Part shown: piece after piece, positions 20,089 through 30,344 of the stretch
Position numbering within the stretch: the stretch's first letter is position 1
Layout of the letters: each line of letters starts with the position of its first letter
DNA from: an uncultured cyanobacterium
GTDB taxonomy: Bacteria > Cyanobacteriota > Cyanobacteriia > CAKZMO01
Assembly (NCBI GenBank): GCA_963719515.1
Contig: CAVRCJ010000004.1
Location: 32,001 to 96,000 of the forward strand
Direction of reading: 5' to 3'
DNA: 64,000 bases
Translations under genes and position numbers: made by a program
Notes under the pieces: model-generated
Database searches by the model: none
Seen by the model: the letters and a program-made list of their open reading frames with translations, nothing else
What the model was told of the DNA's origin: nothing

Positions 20089-20625
20089 ATGCTCAAGCGA
20101 ATTGCGGCGATCGCAGTCATAATCTTAGCTATCGGCCTGCAGAGTTGTCTGGCGGGGACGGTTGGCTTCAACAAATACGTAGATTCCAACGATGGATTTC
20201 GCTTTCTCTACCCCAACGGATGGGTAGAGGTCAGCGTCCCCGACGGCCCCGACGTAGTGCTGCACGACATCGTTGAGCCCAGCGAAAATGTGAGCGTGAT
20301 TGTCAACGAGGTGCCCGATGGGAAGACCCTGCGGGATTTAGGATCGCCCTCTGAGATTGGCCGGAAGATGGCCCAGCGGGGACTGACTGCCGACAATGAG
20401 AGAGCCGCTGAGCTGGTTACCGCAGGCTCCAGGCAAACTGAGGATGGGGAATATTACCTGCTGGAGTACGAGGTGAGTTTGCCCGACGGCATTCGCCACA
20501 ACCTTGCCAGCGTGGTGATTCGCCGGGGTCAGCTCTTTACTCTGAGCGCCTCAACCACCGACGGTCGCTGGAAGACGATGGAGGACCGACTTCGCAAGAC
20601 GGTCAGCTCCTTCTCGGTGTATTGA
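20089..20625 (+). CDS. psbP: Photosystem II lipoprotein CyanoP/PsbP
   Basis: GGAG RBS; LQSC lipobox; DGFRFLYPNGW, GPDVVLHDIVEPSENVSV, YYLLEY, SFSVY end. Confidence 0.92.
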   Translation: MLKRIAAIAVIILAIGLQSCLAGTVGFNKYVDSNDGFRFLYPNGWVEVSVPDGPDVVLHDIVEPSENVSVIVNEVPDGKTLRDLGSPSEIGRKMAQRGLTADNERAAELVTAGSRQTEDGEYYLLEYEVSLPDGIRHNLASVVIRRGQLFTLSASTTDGRWKTMEDRLRKTVSSFSVY

Positions 20626-20699
20626 TTGGGAATTAAGGACGTGGCGATGCCCGATCTCCTCGGCCTGACCCTGGGTTGGTTCATGGATACCTATGGAGC

Positions 20700-22397
20700 C
20701 TAGCGAGATAGGTGCTCAAAAAGCTGCTGTCGCCAGCGGGCGCTCTGCTTGCGATCGCACTTCACCTCCAGCAGCCGTATACCGCTTGTGGGCAGCTCTG
20801 ATATGGCGGCTGCTAGCTCGTCCCTACTCTCAATATGCCGGTAGCTGATGCCGTAGGCCTGACAGAGCAGCGGCAGGTTCACCCCCTGCGGCGTCGCGAA
20901 AAACTCAGTGAACGGCGGGTCAAACTGGGCCACCGGCAGCAGCTCAAAGATGCCGCCGCCGCTGTTGTTGATTAGCACGATCGTCAGGTGACCTCGAAAC
21001 TGAGGCCGCAGCAAAAACCCGTTGGTGTCGTGCAGTAAGGCCAAATCCCCCGTCAGCAGGACAGTGGGACGATGCCCGTGAGCTGCCCCTAGCGCCGTGG
21101 ACAGGGTGCCGTCAATGCCGTTTGCCCCCCGATTGACGTAGGGCACAATCTGGCGATCGCTCGCAGCCCAAAACCACTCTACATCCCGGACGGCGGTGCT
21201 GTTGGCGATCGCCAGCGGCGTTTGGGGCGGCAGATGCCGGGAGAGCAGCCAGGCCACGGTGCTCTCGTTGGTGGAGGGGGCACAGCGGACGGCGGCGTCG
21301 AGCTGCTGCCGGGTCTGGGCCTCGGCGTCGAGCCAGCGCTGGGCGTAAGGCCGGTCAGGGGCGCGCACCTGAGAAAAACTGAGCTGCGTGACGTCGCACC
21401 GAAGCGGAACAGCTCGCCCGTGGGTGGGGTCGAGGTTGTCGGGCGCAGTATCGACCCCCCAGCGCGGGGCGTCGGTTTGGGCAAGCCACTGACGCAGCAC
21501 CTTGCTGGTGGGCAGGGGGCCAATTTGCACCACGGCCTGCGGGGCGAGGCGCTCTGCCCAGAGGGGCGAGCGCAAAATGCTGTCGTAGGTCGTCACTAGG
21601 TAGGGCTGCAGCGACGCCCAGTTGCGCAGGGGAGAAAGCCCCTCAGCGAGCACCGGATAGCCTGTCTTTTGAGAGAGCTGAGCGATCGCCTGACAGTAGC
21701 GCTCGGGGTCCGGAGGAGCCGCTACGCCCACCACAATGACTCCGAGCGGCGGCAGGTCAGGGAGGGGGAGGGATATCGTGGGAGCCGGGGCAGGGGCGAC
21801 GACGGTAAAAAAATCTGGGGGAAGCGCCTCTAGCGTCGTGCCGTCTGACACCGGGGCCAAGGGGTCTCGAAACGGCAGGTTGAGGTGTACAGGTCCGCGC
21901 CCCGGCTCCAGCGATCGCCGCCAGGCCTGCACTACCGTTTGCCGCAGGTAGTCCAGCCGACCTGCCCCGGGCAGCGCTAGCTCGGCGTACCACTGCGCCG
22001 CCGCCCCGTAGAGCTTTTGCTGGTCGATCGCCTGCCCCGCCCCACAGTGGCGCAGCTCCGGCGGACGGTCCGCCGTCAGCACCAGCAGCGGCACCCGGCT
22101 CTCCCGCGCCTCAATAACGGCGGGGTAAAAGTTTGCGCCAGCGGTGCCCGAGGTGCAGACCATCGCCACCGCCCGGCCGCTCTGCTTGGCTCGTCCTAAA
22201 GCAAAAAAGCTGGCGGAGCGCTCGTCGAGAATAGAGATGGCCTCGATAAGCGGGTGCGCGGCAAAGGCGATCGCCAGGGGCGCCGAGCGAGAGCCGGGGC
22301 AGACGACCGCCGTCTGCAGCCCTAGCCGAGCGAGGGTCTCCACCAGCACGCTGGCCCACAGCGTGTTGAGGTTGCGGTAGTCAATCGACTCACCCAC
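20700..22397 (-). CDS. menD: SEPHCHC synthase (phylloquinone/menaquinone pathway)
   Basis: [49 protein letters not shown]...NNSGGGIF. Confidence 0.96.
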   Translation of the reverse strand: MGESIDYRNLNTLWASVLVETLARLGLQTAVVCPGSRSAPLAIAFAAHPLIEAISILDERSASFFALGRAKQSGRAVAMVCTSGTAGANFYPAVIEARESRVPLLVLTADRPPELRHCGAGQAIDQQKLYGAAAQWYAELALPGAGRLDYLRQTVVQAWRRSLEPGRGPVHLNLPFRDPLAPVSDGTTLEALPPDFFTVVAPAPAPTISLPLPDLPPLGVIVVGVAAPPDPERYCQAIAQLSQKTGYPVLAEGLSPLRNWASLQPYLVTTYDSILRSPLWAERLAPQAVVQIGPLPTSKVLRQWLAQTDAPRWGVDTAPDNLDPTHGRAVPLRCDVTQLSFSQVRAPDRPYAQRWLDAEAQTRQQLDAAVRCAPSTNESTVAWLLSRHLPPQTPLAIANSTAVRDVEWFWAASDRQIVPYVNRGANGIDGTLSTALGAAHGHRPTVLLTGDLALLHDTNGFLLRPQFRGHLTIVLINNSGGGIFELLPVAQFDPPFTEFFATPQGVNLPLLCQAYGISYRHIESRDELAAAISELPTSGIRLLEVKCDRKQSARWRQQLFEHLSR

Positions 22398-22400
22398 GGG

Positions 22401-23738
22401 CTAGGAAACCACATGACTATAGACTTTCGAGAGCCGGTCGACGTAGTTTTGGGTATTGAAAGCCACCGCCCGCCGCCGCCCCGCCGCCACAAGCTTCTCC
22501 CGCAGCGCTCCGTCCTCCATCAGCGCCTGCAGCTTGGCGCGAATGTCATTGACGTCGTAGGGGTCGACGTAGACGGCGGCGTCTTCACAGACCTCCGGCA
22601 GGGACGAGACGTTGGAGGTGAGTACCGGACAGTCGAAGGTCATTGCCTCCAGCGGCGGCAGACCAAACCCTTCGTACAGCGAGGGGAACGCGAAGCACAG
22701 GGCTCCGGCGTAGAGATGCTTGAGGTCTTCCATGGTGACGTATTCCAAAAGCCGCACCCGCCGCGCTAGGGTGCTGTAGCCGTCGTCCTTGAGGCGGCGC
22801 AGAACGTCTTTCCACAGCCAGCCCTTTTTGCCCACAATCACCAGCGGCACGTCGGTATCAATGCCGGCGTAGGCGTCGATGAGCCGACCCACGTTTTTCT
22901 TGGGCTCAATCGCCCCTACGAATAGTACATAGCGCTCGTACTGGAGCCCAAACTTTTTCACGTAGCGGGAGACCGACGTAGCGCTGCTGTCGGGGAGCGG
23001 CGTCAGGGCGATGGGCTGGTAGGTGACCCAAATTTTGTCGGGGTCAACGTCGTAAATGGTCAAGATGTCCTGCTTGGAGTGCTGGGACACCGTGATGATG
23101 GCGTCTGAGCGCTTCAGGGTTTCCTTCACTAAGTCATAGAAAGCCCGCTTGTTGTCTAGGGTTGCGTAGGGCAGCCTCAGGGGAATTAAGTCGTGCACGG
23201 TAGTAATTTTTTTAGTGCCGTTGATCCACACCGGCAGGGGGTAAGTGGCGTGAAAGACGTCGATGGGCTGCGGCACCTCTAGACAGGTATAGCGCTTGAT
23301 GTATTTAAACAGCGTATTCGACCCGCTGTAGGCGTTGCGCAAGTTGAGAATGCCGATTTGGTCGACTAGCTCACTGAGGGCATTAAGCAGGCTTCCCGGC
23401 AGGGGCCGCTTGAGAACGACGTCGCTGGTCTGGATTTTGCTGGCGACTTCGGTTTGCCCCGCGAGGGTCTTGAGCAGGGCGATCGCCAGGCGGGCTCTTT
23501 TGGTGAGCAGGGCAATCCGGCTGGGTTCGTCTATGGGCTCGACATCGAAAAACAGCACCTCATCGAGAATCGAATTTTGGGTTTGGCCGATGTCGCGGCT
23601 AAAGAGAATGTCGGTACTGACGCCCAGCTCATGCAGCGCCCGCAGCAGGCTGATGCCGTAGGTCTTAATTCCTGTCCCTTGGGTCATTTCCAGGTTGTAG
23701 CCATCAACCAAGACCCGCACACCGGCTAAGTTACTCAT
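22401..23738 (-). CDS. Family 4 (GT-B) glycosyltransferase
   Basis: [39 protein letters not shown]. Confidence 0.92.
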   Translation of the reverse strand: MSNLAGVRVLVDGYNLEMTQGTGIKTYGISLLRALHELGVSTDILFSRDIGQTQNSILDEVLFFDVEPIDEPSRIALLTKRARLAIALLKTLAGQTEVASKIQTSDVVLKRPLPGSLLNALSELVDQIGILNLRNAYSGSNTLFKYIKRYTCLEVPQPIDVFHATYPLPVWINGTKKITTVHDLIPLRLPYATLDNKRAFYDLVKETLKRSDAIITVSQHSKQDILTIYDVDPDKIWVTYQPIALTPLPDSSATSVSRYVKKFGLQYERYVLFVGAIEPKKNVGRLIDAYAGIDTDVPLVIVGKKGWLWKDVLRRLKDDGYSTLARRVRLLEYVTMEDLKHLYAGALCFAFPSLYEGFGLPPLEAMTFDCPVLTSNVSSLPEVCEDAAVYVDPYDVNDIRAKLQALMEDGALREKLVAAGRRRAVAFNTQNYVDRLSKVYSHVVS

Positions 23739-23739
23739 G

Positions 23740-23898
23740 TTTTGTCTCTTGCAGCTTGTCTCTCACCGCTTGTCTCTCACAGTTTTGTCTCTCACAGTTT
23801 TGTCTCTCGCAGTTTGTCTCTCGCAGTTTGTCTCTCGCAGTTTGTCTCTCGCAGCTTTGTCTCTCGCAGCTTTGTCTCTCGCAGCTTTGTCTCTCACC
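23740..23898. repeat. Intergenic tandem repeat, 11 units of 14-15 bp, consensus TTTGTCTCTC(G/A)CAG(C/T)
   Basis: TGTCTCT cores at about 23743, 23757, 23771, 23786, 23801, 23815, 23829, 23843, 23858, 23873 and 23888. Confidence 0.95.
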
Positions 23899-23933
23899 AA
23901 CCGCCCTCACCTCTCGCGTCTTACAGCATGGTC

Positions 23934-25319
23934 TCACAGCTCAGAATGCACTTTTGACGAAGGCAGCAGGCGATCGCTCCAGGTAGCCGGGAGGTGGACC
24001 AATCCTGGGGTCCGCTTTTCCGTCGGCTTACTGCCGTCTGCCGCAACGACCGTAACGACGACGCTCTCACTCGCTTTGTGGGGGGCTGCATTGGGGTCGT
24101 CCGGCGGCACCGCCAGCGTGACGAGAAGCCGGTACTTACTCTCGCGCAGCAGCAGCTCAGGCACAAAGCAGTCTATCAAACCCAGCCTGGATTCGCCGGA
24201 GGAAAGGGGCTCCGGCAGACGAACGATGTGGGTGGAGTGGGTGATGCAAAATTCGTCTCCTAGCACCAAGAGCTGCACCGTGGCCCGGATGCGGTGGACC
24301 TGGGGCTGACTAACAAACCGGACCTGGACCCGCAGTGGCGTTAGGCTCTCGAATGTGGTGCGGGGCTGTCCTGCCGGGTCGAGCAGCTCAAGGCCAGCGA
24401 TTTCGATGGCGTCTACTTCGGTGTCCTCTGTGTCTTCGTCTTCGCGCATTCCATCTTGGGCCTCCATCACCGCCGCTGCGCCCGACTGCTTGAGCGCCAT
24501 GGCTAGCTTTTGGCGACGCTGATTGACCACGCGGCGATCGCGCTTGGTCTCGGTCTCGGGCAGGTTGTAGTAGGCTTCGCACACCTCCGACGCCGGGCCA
24601 ATGGTCTTCACCACCCCCTTGTGCAGCAAAATAGCGCGGTTGCACAGCTGCTCCACCTTGGGCACTAGGTGGGTCACAAAGACGATGGTCGCCCCCGAGC
24701 GCACAATTTCCTCCATCCGCCGAAAGCAGCGCTCCTTGAACTTCCAGTCTCCCGTCGCCAGCACTTCGTCCAGCAGCAGCACGTCCGGGTTGATTAGGTT
24801 AGTGGCGATAGAAAATCCCAGCCGCCCCTTCATCCCCGAGCTGTAGTTCTTGACCGGCGTGTCAATGAAATCCCCAATCTCGGCAAAGTCGAGAATGTCG
24901 TCGATGTTTTTATCGACCTGGCGGCGGGGAATACCCAAAATGGCCGCGTTGACGTAGATATTCTCCCGCCCCGTCAGCAGCGGCTGAAACCCGGCCCCCA
25001 GGGTAATCAAAGCGCCCATCTTGCCGCGAATGGTCACCTCCCCTGTGGTGGGCTTGATCAGTCCCTGCATAATTTTTAGGAGCGTCGTTTTCCCCGAGCC
25101 GTTGACGCCAATCACCCCAAAAGACTCCCCCCGCCGTAGCTCAAAGTTGACGTCCTGCAGGGCCCAAAACTCCTCGCGGCGCAGCTCCGGCTCGGGCTCA
25201 CTCTGCAGCAGCAGCTCACTGGCCAAATCCTGCAGGCCGTAGCGGAGCGATCGCTTCAGCTGTTTGCAGTACTTCTTGGAGACATTGTTGACCTGGACTA
25301 AAACTTCGTCTGACGGCAT
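23934..25319 (-). CDS. wzt: Polysaccharide ABC exporter ATP-binding subunit with C-terminal Wzt_C-like domain
   Basis: FWALQDVNF, GVNGSGKTT, LTGRENI, YSSGM, LLLDEVL; beta-rich C-terminal extension. Confidence 0.9.
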   Translation of the reverse strand: MPSDEVLVQVNNVSKKYCKQLKRSLRYGLQDLASELLLQSEPEPELRREEFWALQDVNFELRRGESFGVIGVNGSGKTTLLKIMQGLIKPTTGEVTIRGKMGALITLGAGFQPLLTGRENIYVNAAILGIPRRQVDKNIDDILDFAEIGDFIDTPVKNYSSGMKGRLGFSIATNLINPDVLLLDEVLATGDWKFKERCFRRMEEIVRSGATIVFVTHLVPKVEQLCNRAILLHKGVVKTIGPASEVCEAYYNLPETETKRDRRVVNQRRQKLAMALKQSGAAAVMEAQDGMREDEDTEDTEVDAIEIAGLELLDPAGQPRTTFESLTPLRVQVRFVSQPQVHRIRATVQLLVLGDEFCITHSTHIVRLPEPLSSGESRLGLIDCFVPELLLRESKYRLLVTLAVPPDDPNAAPHKASESVVVTVVAADGSKPTEKRTPGLVHLPATWSDRLLPSSKVHSEL

Positions 25320-25350
25320 CGTTCCCTTCCTCTTGGCTCAACTAATCGCC

Positions 25351-26223
25351 CTAACGCTCAACTAACAGCGGCACAGAAACTCGGTAGAGCACCCACCCCA
25401 CCAAAAATAGCGCTATGGTCACCAGCGAAACCACAACAAACAAAATGGGGTTATTCAGTTGGCCCGTGGTCGTCAGGTCAATCACCCCCGACAGCAGGGG
25501 CGTGACCGGGTTCAGCTCCACGAGCAGCGAGTAGGGCCACCGCTCCGGCGGCGGGTAGAGAATGGGCGTGAGGAAAAACCAAAATCGCGTCAGGTAAGGC
25601 AGAGCGGAGGAAACGTCGGTATACAGGCTGCCAAAGGGAACGAGAAACAGGCCGATGCTGATTCCCAACAGCATCAACATCACGAGCGCCCCTAGCGCCG
25701 GAATGACACCCCACGTAATGTTGATGGGCGCGAACAAAAACACCAGCGTCAGCACCATGATCTGGATGCCCTGGTCAAACAGCAGCTCCCCGACCCCCGC
25801 CAGCATCAGCCCTTCTACCGGAACTTGGATGGTTCGCAGCAGCTGTAGACCGTCCTTCATGGCCTGCAGCGGCATGGCAAGGCTGCGGGAAAACACCTGC
25901 CACAGCACGGTGGCAAACATGACGTAGAGCGGGTAGGGAATTTCTGTTTCCCCCACGTCGACGACGCCGCTTTGCTCAAGCACCCGCGACGTTAGCGCCG
26001 CCAAAATGGGCGGAATCACGGCCCATAGGGGTCCTAAGAGGGATTGCCGGTAGCGCACGTTGAGCTTTCGGTACGTGAGCTGCCAGGCGAGATCGCGGGA
26101 GGTGAGCAAATCGTTCCAAATGTCTTGAAACAAAACGCTGGGCTGTCGCAGCCGGCTTTTGTGGGTGTAGGTCACAACCGGCAGCGTCGGGGAGTCAGGG
26201 GGGGACGATTCAGTTCTCCTCAT
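25351..26223 (-). CDS. wzm: Polysaccharide ABC exporter permease
   Basis: VRYRQSLLGPLWA, FFLTPILYP, LNPVT; six TM segments; adjacent to wzt. Confidence 0.9.
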   Translation of the reverse strand: MRRTESSPPDSPTLPVVTYTHKSRLRQPSVLFQDIWNDLLTSRDLAWQLTYRKLNVRYRQSLLGPLWAVIPPILAALTSRVLEQSGVVDVGETEIPYPLYVMFATVLWQVFSRSLAMPLQAMKDGLQLLRTIQVPVEGLMLAGVGELLFDQGIQIMVLTLVFLFAPINITWGVIPALGALVMLMLLGISIGLFLVPFGSLYTDVSSALPYLTRFWFFLTPILYPPPERWPYSLLVELNPVTPLLSGVIDLTTTGQLNNPILFVVVSLVTIALFLVGWVLYRVSVPLLVER

Positions 26224-26457
26224 GCGGGGGATTGGAATAAACCGGAGACTAAAGAGCTAAACGCCAAACGGAGCGCTGGACTTGATGATACTGCATTTGC
26301 GCAATTCTCATTTCCGCCAACAGCATCCTTTATTTGTGGGCGGTGCGGTGTAGCCAGTAATGACAATTGCTGTTAGCGCACAGAATGTCCTGAGGGCTAA
26401 AGAAAATGTGCTAGATAGGGGAGATACCGCTGTCGCTGCCTGAATCTCCCCCGCGCC

Positions 26458-26591
26458 ATGGCCACCATCACCATTCGAGAACGCCCGCAGACTGATAAGA
26501 ATTGCTTTGAAGCCGCGGTGAGCTTTGGGCGGGGCAGTAACCCATCGCCGTCAGCAATCCCTTCAGAGAGGCGGAAGAGCGGCTGGAGTGG
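26458..26591 (+). pseudogene. Degraded 5' fragment resembling the N-terminus of large cyanobacterial CHAT/NTPase/TPR proteins
   Basis: MATITIRERPQTDKNCFEAAVSFG, then after a frameshift GQ*PIAVSNPFREAEERLEW. The family resemblance is from memory, not from a search. Confidence 0.45.
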
Positions 26592-26790
26592 CAGACTACC
26601 GGGCATCTCGAAAAATACAGGGTATGAAGTCTCAACATGAGCTCATAGAGGTCGTCGCGGGTAAGACTTCAAGTCTCACTGACGAGCCAAAATCACTCGA
26701 CGATGAGCATCTGATAGGGCTGACGCCAATAGACCACGTCTTGTGCAATTTGCGATCCCTCCGCCTCTGGCACCCCTCTTAATCAAGAGG

Positions 26791-27191
26791 GATACCGCTG
26801 GCGAAATATTTCGTAATCGAGCTGTACGCTTTCGAGGCCCCCTAACCCCCAATTCTGGGGGAACCGGAGCAGTGGCCATACTATTCGCGGCTATTAACTT
26901 TAAGGAGTTCTAACCTCTCTGAAGTCCCCCAGAATTGGGGGATTTAGGGGGCTTCTCCGGGGCAGGAAATAGCCAAGATGTAACAAGGCATGAAATTCGC
27001 CAGCGGTATCAATCCTGGGGGAACCCGAGCAGCGTCTATACCATTGACTGCTATTAACTTTAAGGAGTTCTAACCTCTCTGAAGTCCTCTCAATTGGGGG
27101 CTTAAAGCCCTTCGGGCATACCAGAAAAGGGGGCTTCTCCGGGGCAGGAAATAGCCGAGATGTAACAAGGCATGAAATTCGCCAGCGGTAT
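26791..27191. mobile_element. MITE-like element (~220 bp) plus a tandem partial second copy
   Basis: Perfect 15-bp TIR GATACCGCTGGCGAA (26791) / TTCGCCAGCGGTATC (26996-27010). Region ~26850-27009 is duplicated at 27010-27191. AAGAGGG flanks both sides. Internal CCCCCAGAATTGGGGG palindromes. Confidence 0.7.
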
Positions 27192-27365
27192 AAAGAGGGA
27201 CAGGGGGGAGTCCTACGCTGAATATGGCAGCAAGGATTTTTTATGTGTAAGTTCTAGTCAAAATCAACCCTTCGTACCAGGTCAGAGACCACAGCATGCC
27301 ACGGCCCTAGGACGTGCGATCGCCCTCTGCCGAGGGTTCCAAGCTGCCCCACCTCCTCTGTCTAT

Positions 27366-27531
27366 CTGCTAAATACACACAAGTTTGACCCCCTCTAGCT
27401 CCCCTACGCCCTGCGGGCAGGCTAACGCCAAAGCCAAGGGGGAGAACCACGATTTCTCCCCTTTCCAAGGGGAGACTAAGAGGGGTAAAACAGCACTTAG
27501 ACTTCACAGCCAAGATGTGTGTCTCTAGTAG
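27366..27531. mobile_element. Degenerate cyanobacterial MITE-like element
   Basis: Imperfect TIRs CTGCTAAATACACACAAGT / AGATGTGTGTCTCTAGTAG enclosing CTCCCC...GGGGAG palindromes. Confidence 0.55.
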
Positions 27532-27669
27532 CCTCTACCCACAGAACGCAGCCAAACCTTCTACCGTCCGCCGAATTCTAGTTTCAGGGCGGGTTTGCGA
27601 TAGTGTTGAAGACAGACGCCAATAACCTTGCCCCACCGTCTCAACCCCAGCCAAGCCTCGCCCGCCGAC

Positions 27670-28869
27670 ATGTCCCAGCCTGACCTTCCAACATCCGACG
27701 CAGCGAATCGAGCCGGGGCCGACGCTCCAGAGTCGCCCCCCAATGCGCTCAAAGTTGCGATCGCCCATGAGTGGCTCGTTAAGCACGCGGGTTCAGAGCG
27801 GGTCGTAGAGCAAATGCTGCACCTGTACCCCGAGGCCGACCTGTTTAGCCTGGTGGATTTTCTCACCGAGGGGCAGCGCTTTTTTATCCGCCATAAGCCC
27901 GTCCAAACCTCGTTTATTCAGTCCCTGCCTTGGGCGCGGCGGCACTTCCGCCAGTACCTGCCGCTGATGCCCCTAGCCATCGAGCAGTTCGACTTCTCTG
28001 GTTACGACGTCGTTGTTTCTAGCCACCATGCCGTTGCCAAAGGCGTGATTACCCGTGCCGACCAGCTGCACATTAGCTATGTGCATACGCCGCTGCGCTA
28101 CGGCTGGGACTTACAGCACCAGTATCTGGCCAGCATGACCCCGGCCAAGGGAGCCGTGGCCCGCCTGATTTTGCACTACCTGCGGCTGTGGGATGTCGCC
28201 AGCGCCCACCGGGTCGACTGCTTTGTGGCCAACTCTCGCACCGTCGCCCGCCGCATTCAAAAAACCTACCGCCGCACTGCCCAGGTCGTTTATCCCCCGG
28301 TCGCTGTGGACCGCTTCACCCCCAGCAGCCAGCGGGACGACTTCTATCTGGTGCTGTCTCGCTTTGTGCCCTACAAGCGAGTGGATTTAATTGTGGACGC
28401 CTTTGCCCAAATGGGGCTGCCCTTGGTGGTCATTGGCGATGGCCCCGATCAGCCCCTTATTGAGCAGCTGGCCAAGCCCAACATTCAGCTGCTGCCGCCT
28501 CAGCCTGAGGCGGTGGTCACCGACTACCTAAACCGCTGCAAAGCGTTTGTCTATGCCGCTGAAGAGGATTTTGGCATCGCGGCGGTGGAGGCCCAGGCGG
28601 CAGGCGCACCCGTCATCGCTTACGGGCGAGGTGGCGTCACGGAAACGGTGCTTCCCGGCAAGACGGGGATCTTGTTCCCCCACCAGACAGTTCCCAGTCT
28701 GTTGGGGGCAGTACAGGCCTATCACGCCGACCCAAAGCAGTTTCGGGTTGAAGATTTACGATACAATGCTGAACGGTTTTCACCGGAGCGATTTCACCAA
28801 GCGTTTTCTCAGGTCGTTGAGCAAGCTTGGGATCGCTTCCAGCACTCTGACGGAGCCGAATCGCTGTGA
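27670..28869 (+). CDS. Family 4 glycosyltransferase (WbaZ-like)
   Basis: KVAIAHEWL...GSERV, SSHHAVAKG, YVHTPLRY, SRFVPYKR, EEDFGIAAVEAQAAG. Confidence 0.92.
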   Translation: MSQPDLPTSDAANRAGADAPESPPNALKVAIAHEWLVKHAGSERVVEQMLHLYPEADLFSLVDFLTEGQRFFIRHKPVQTSFIQSLPWARRHFRQYLPLMPLAIEQFDFSGYDVVVSSHHAVAKGVITRADQLHISYVHTPLRYGWDLQHQYLASMTPAKGAVARLILHYLRLWDVASAHRVDCFVANSRTVARRIQKTYRRTAQVVYPPVAVDRFTPSSQRDDFYLVLSRFVPYKRVDLIVDAFAQMGLPLVVIGDGPDQPLIEQLAKPNIQLLPPQPEAVVTDYLNRCKAFVYAAEEDFGIAAVEAQAAGAPVIAYGRGGVTETVLPGKTGILFPHQTVPSLLGAVQAYHADPKQFRVEDLRYNAERFSPERFHQAFSQVVEQAWDRFQHSDGAESL

Positions 28870-28893
28870 GTCAACCCATAACCGCGAATTTTT

Positions 28894-30342
28894 ATGCAGC
28901 TCCACCGCACCTTTAGACCCGCCCTGTTGGCGCTCACGGTGTCCACCCAGTCGTGGCCAACGGTGGTGAGTATGGTAGGAGCCGATGCGGCAGGCTTAGG
29001 GCTCGCCGGAGCGATCGCCGTTCGGTTAGGCATCTGGGTCGATGGGAGCCTGCTGTCTGACCCGGCCCAATACTGGCCGCTGACGCCGCTGCTGGGGCTG
29101 TTTATCCTGGCCTATGCCACCGTGGGCCTTTATCCTGGCGTGGCGGTCAGCCCGGTGGACGAGCTGCGCTTGATTAGCACCGCTACCACCTTGATCTACC
29201 TCGTCCTGGGGTCGGCGCTATTCCTGTTTCAGGGCATGCCCGCCTACTCCCGAACCGTGTTCCTGCTGGGCTGGATGCTGTCGCTAATTTTGGTGCATGT
29301 CAGCCGCGCCGTGATGCGATCGCTGCTGGCGGGGCAAAAGTGGTGGGGCTACCCCGTGATTATTTTGGGGGCAGGGCGCACCGGAGATATGGTGGTGCGC
29401 ACGCTGCAGCGCCGTCCCCGCATCGGCCTCAAGCCCCTGTTCATCTTGGACGACGACCCCGAGAAAAAGGGAACGCTGCACGGGGTACCGGTGGTTGGCA
29501 AGCTAGACATGGCCCCCCGGCTGGCGCGCATATACCGCATTCCCTATGCCATCGTCGCAATGCCGGGGGTGCCTCGGCCCACCCTTTTGGATATGCTGGC
29601 GCGCTATGGCCAAACCTTTGCCCACCTGCTGGTGATTCCCGATCTGTTTGGGTTTGCCTCCCTGTGGATTATCACCAAAGACCTGGGGGGCATCCTGGGG
29701 CTAGAGATTCGCCAGCAGCTGCTGCTGCCCGGTCCTCGGCTCACTAAGTTTGTGATAGACCTGCTGCTCACCCTGTTCGGCGGGCTGCTGCTGCTGCCCC
29801 TGCTGCTGGGCATCGCGATCGCCATTCGCCTGGATTCCCCTGGCCCCATTTTCTATGGCCACACCCGCATCGGCCAGGGGGGGCAGCGGTTTCGCGCCTG
29901 GAAGTTTCGCACCATGGCCCCGAATGCCGACAAGGTGCTGCAAAATTACCTCGACGCCCACCCCGAGCTTAAAGAGGACTGGGAGCGTAACCAAAAGCTG
30001 CGCGAAGACCCCCGCATCACCCGCGTTGGCTGGTTCCTGCGCCGCACCAGCCTAGACGAGCTGCCCCAGCTGTGGAACATCCTGCGGGGAGAGATGAGCT
30101 TAGTGGGGCCGCGCCCCATCGTAGACGAAGAGCTGTGGCGCTACGGCGATAAGATTTCCCTCTACAGCCGCGTTCCTCCCGGCATCACGGGCATGTGGCA
30201 GGTGTCAGGCCGCAACAATATCACCTACGAAGAGCGGGTCAACCTCGATGCCTACTACGTGCGCAACTGGTCGGTGTGGGTGGATATCTACATTTTGCTG
30301 CGCACGGTGTGGGTGGTGCTGCGGGGTGAGGGCGCGTACTAA
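28894..30342 (+). CDS. wbaP: Undecaprenyl-phosphate sugar-1-phosphate transferase (WbaP family)
   Basis: [49 protein letters not shown]. Confidence 0.9.
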   Translation: MQLHRTFRPALLALTVSTQSWPTVVSMVGADAAGLGLAGAIAVRLGIWVDGSLLSDPAQYWPLTPLLGLFILAYATVGLYPGVAVSPVDELRLISTATTLIYLVLGSALFLFQGMPAYSRTVFLLGWMLSLILVHVSRAVMRSLLAGQKWWGYPVIILGAGRTGDMVVRTLQRRPRIGLKPLFILDDDPEKKGTLHGVPVVGKLDMAPRLARIYRIPYAIVAMPGVPRPTLLDMLARYGQTFAHLLVIPDLFGFASLWIITKDLGGILGLEIRQQLLLPGPRLTKFVIDLLLTLFGGLLLLPLLLGIAIAIRLDSPGPIFYGHTRIGQGGQRFRAWKFRTMAPNADKVLQNYLDAHPELKEDWERNQKLREDPRITRVGWFLRRTSLDELPQLWNILRGEMSLVGPRPIVDEELWRYGDKISLYSRVPPGITGMWQVSGRNNITYEERVNLDAYYVRNWSVWVDIYILLRTVWVVLRGEGAY

Positions 30343-30344
30343 CG

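Noticed and set aside
23740..23898. 14-15-bp repeats as a CRISPR array, or the overlapping CERQS/FVSRS/LSL ORFs as real proteins
   Set aside because: No spacers are present, and ORFs appear in several frames simply because the unit lacks stop codons.
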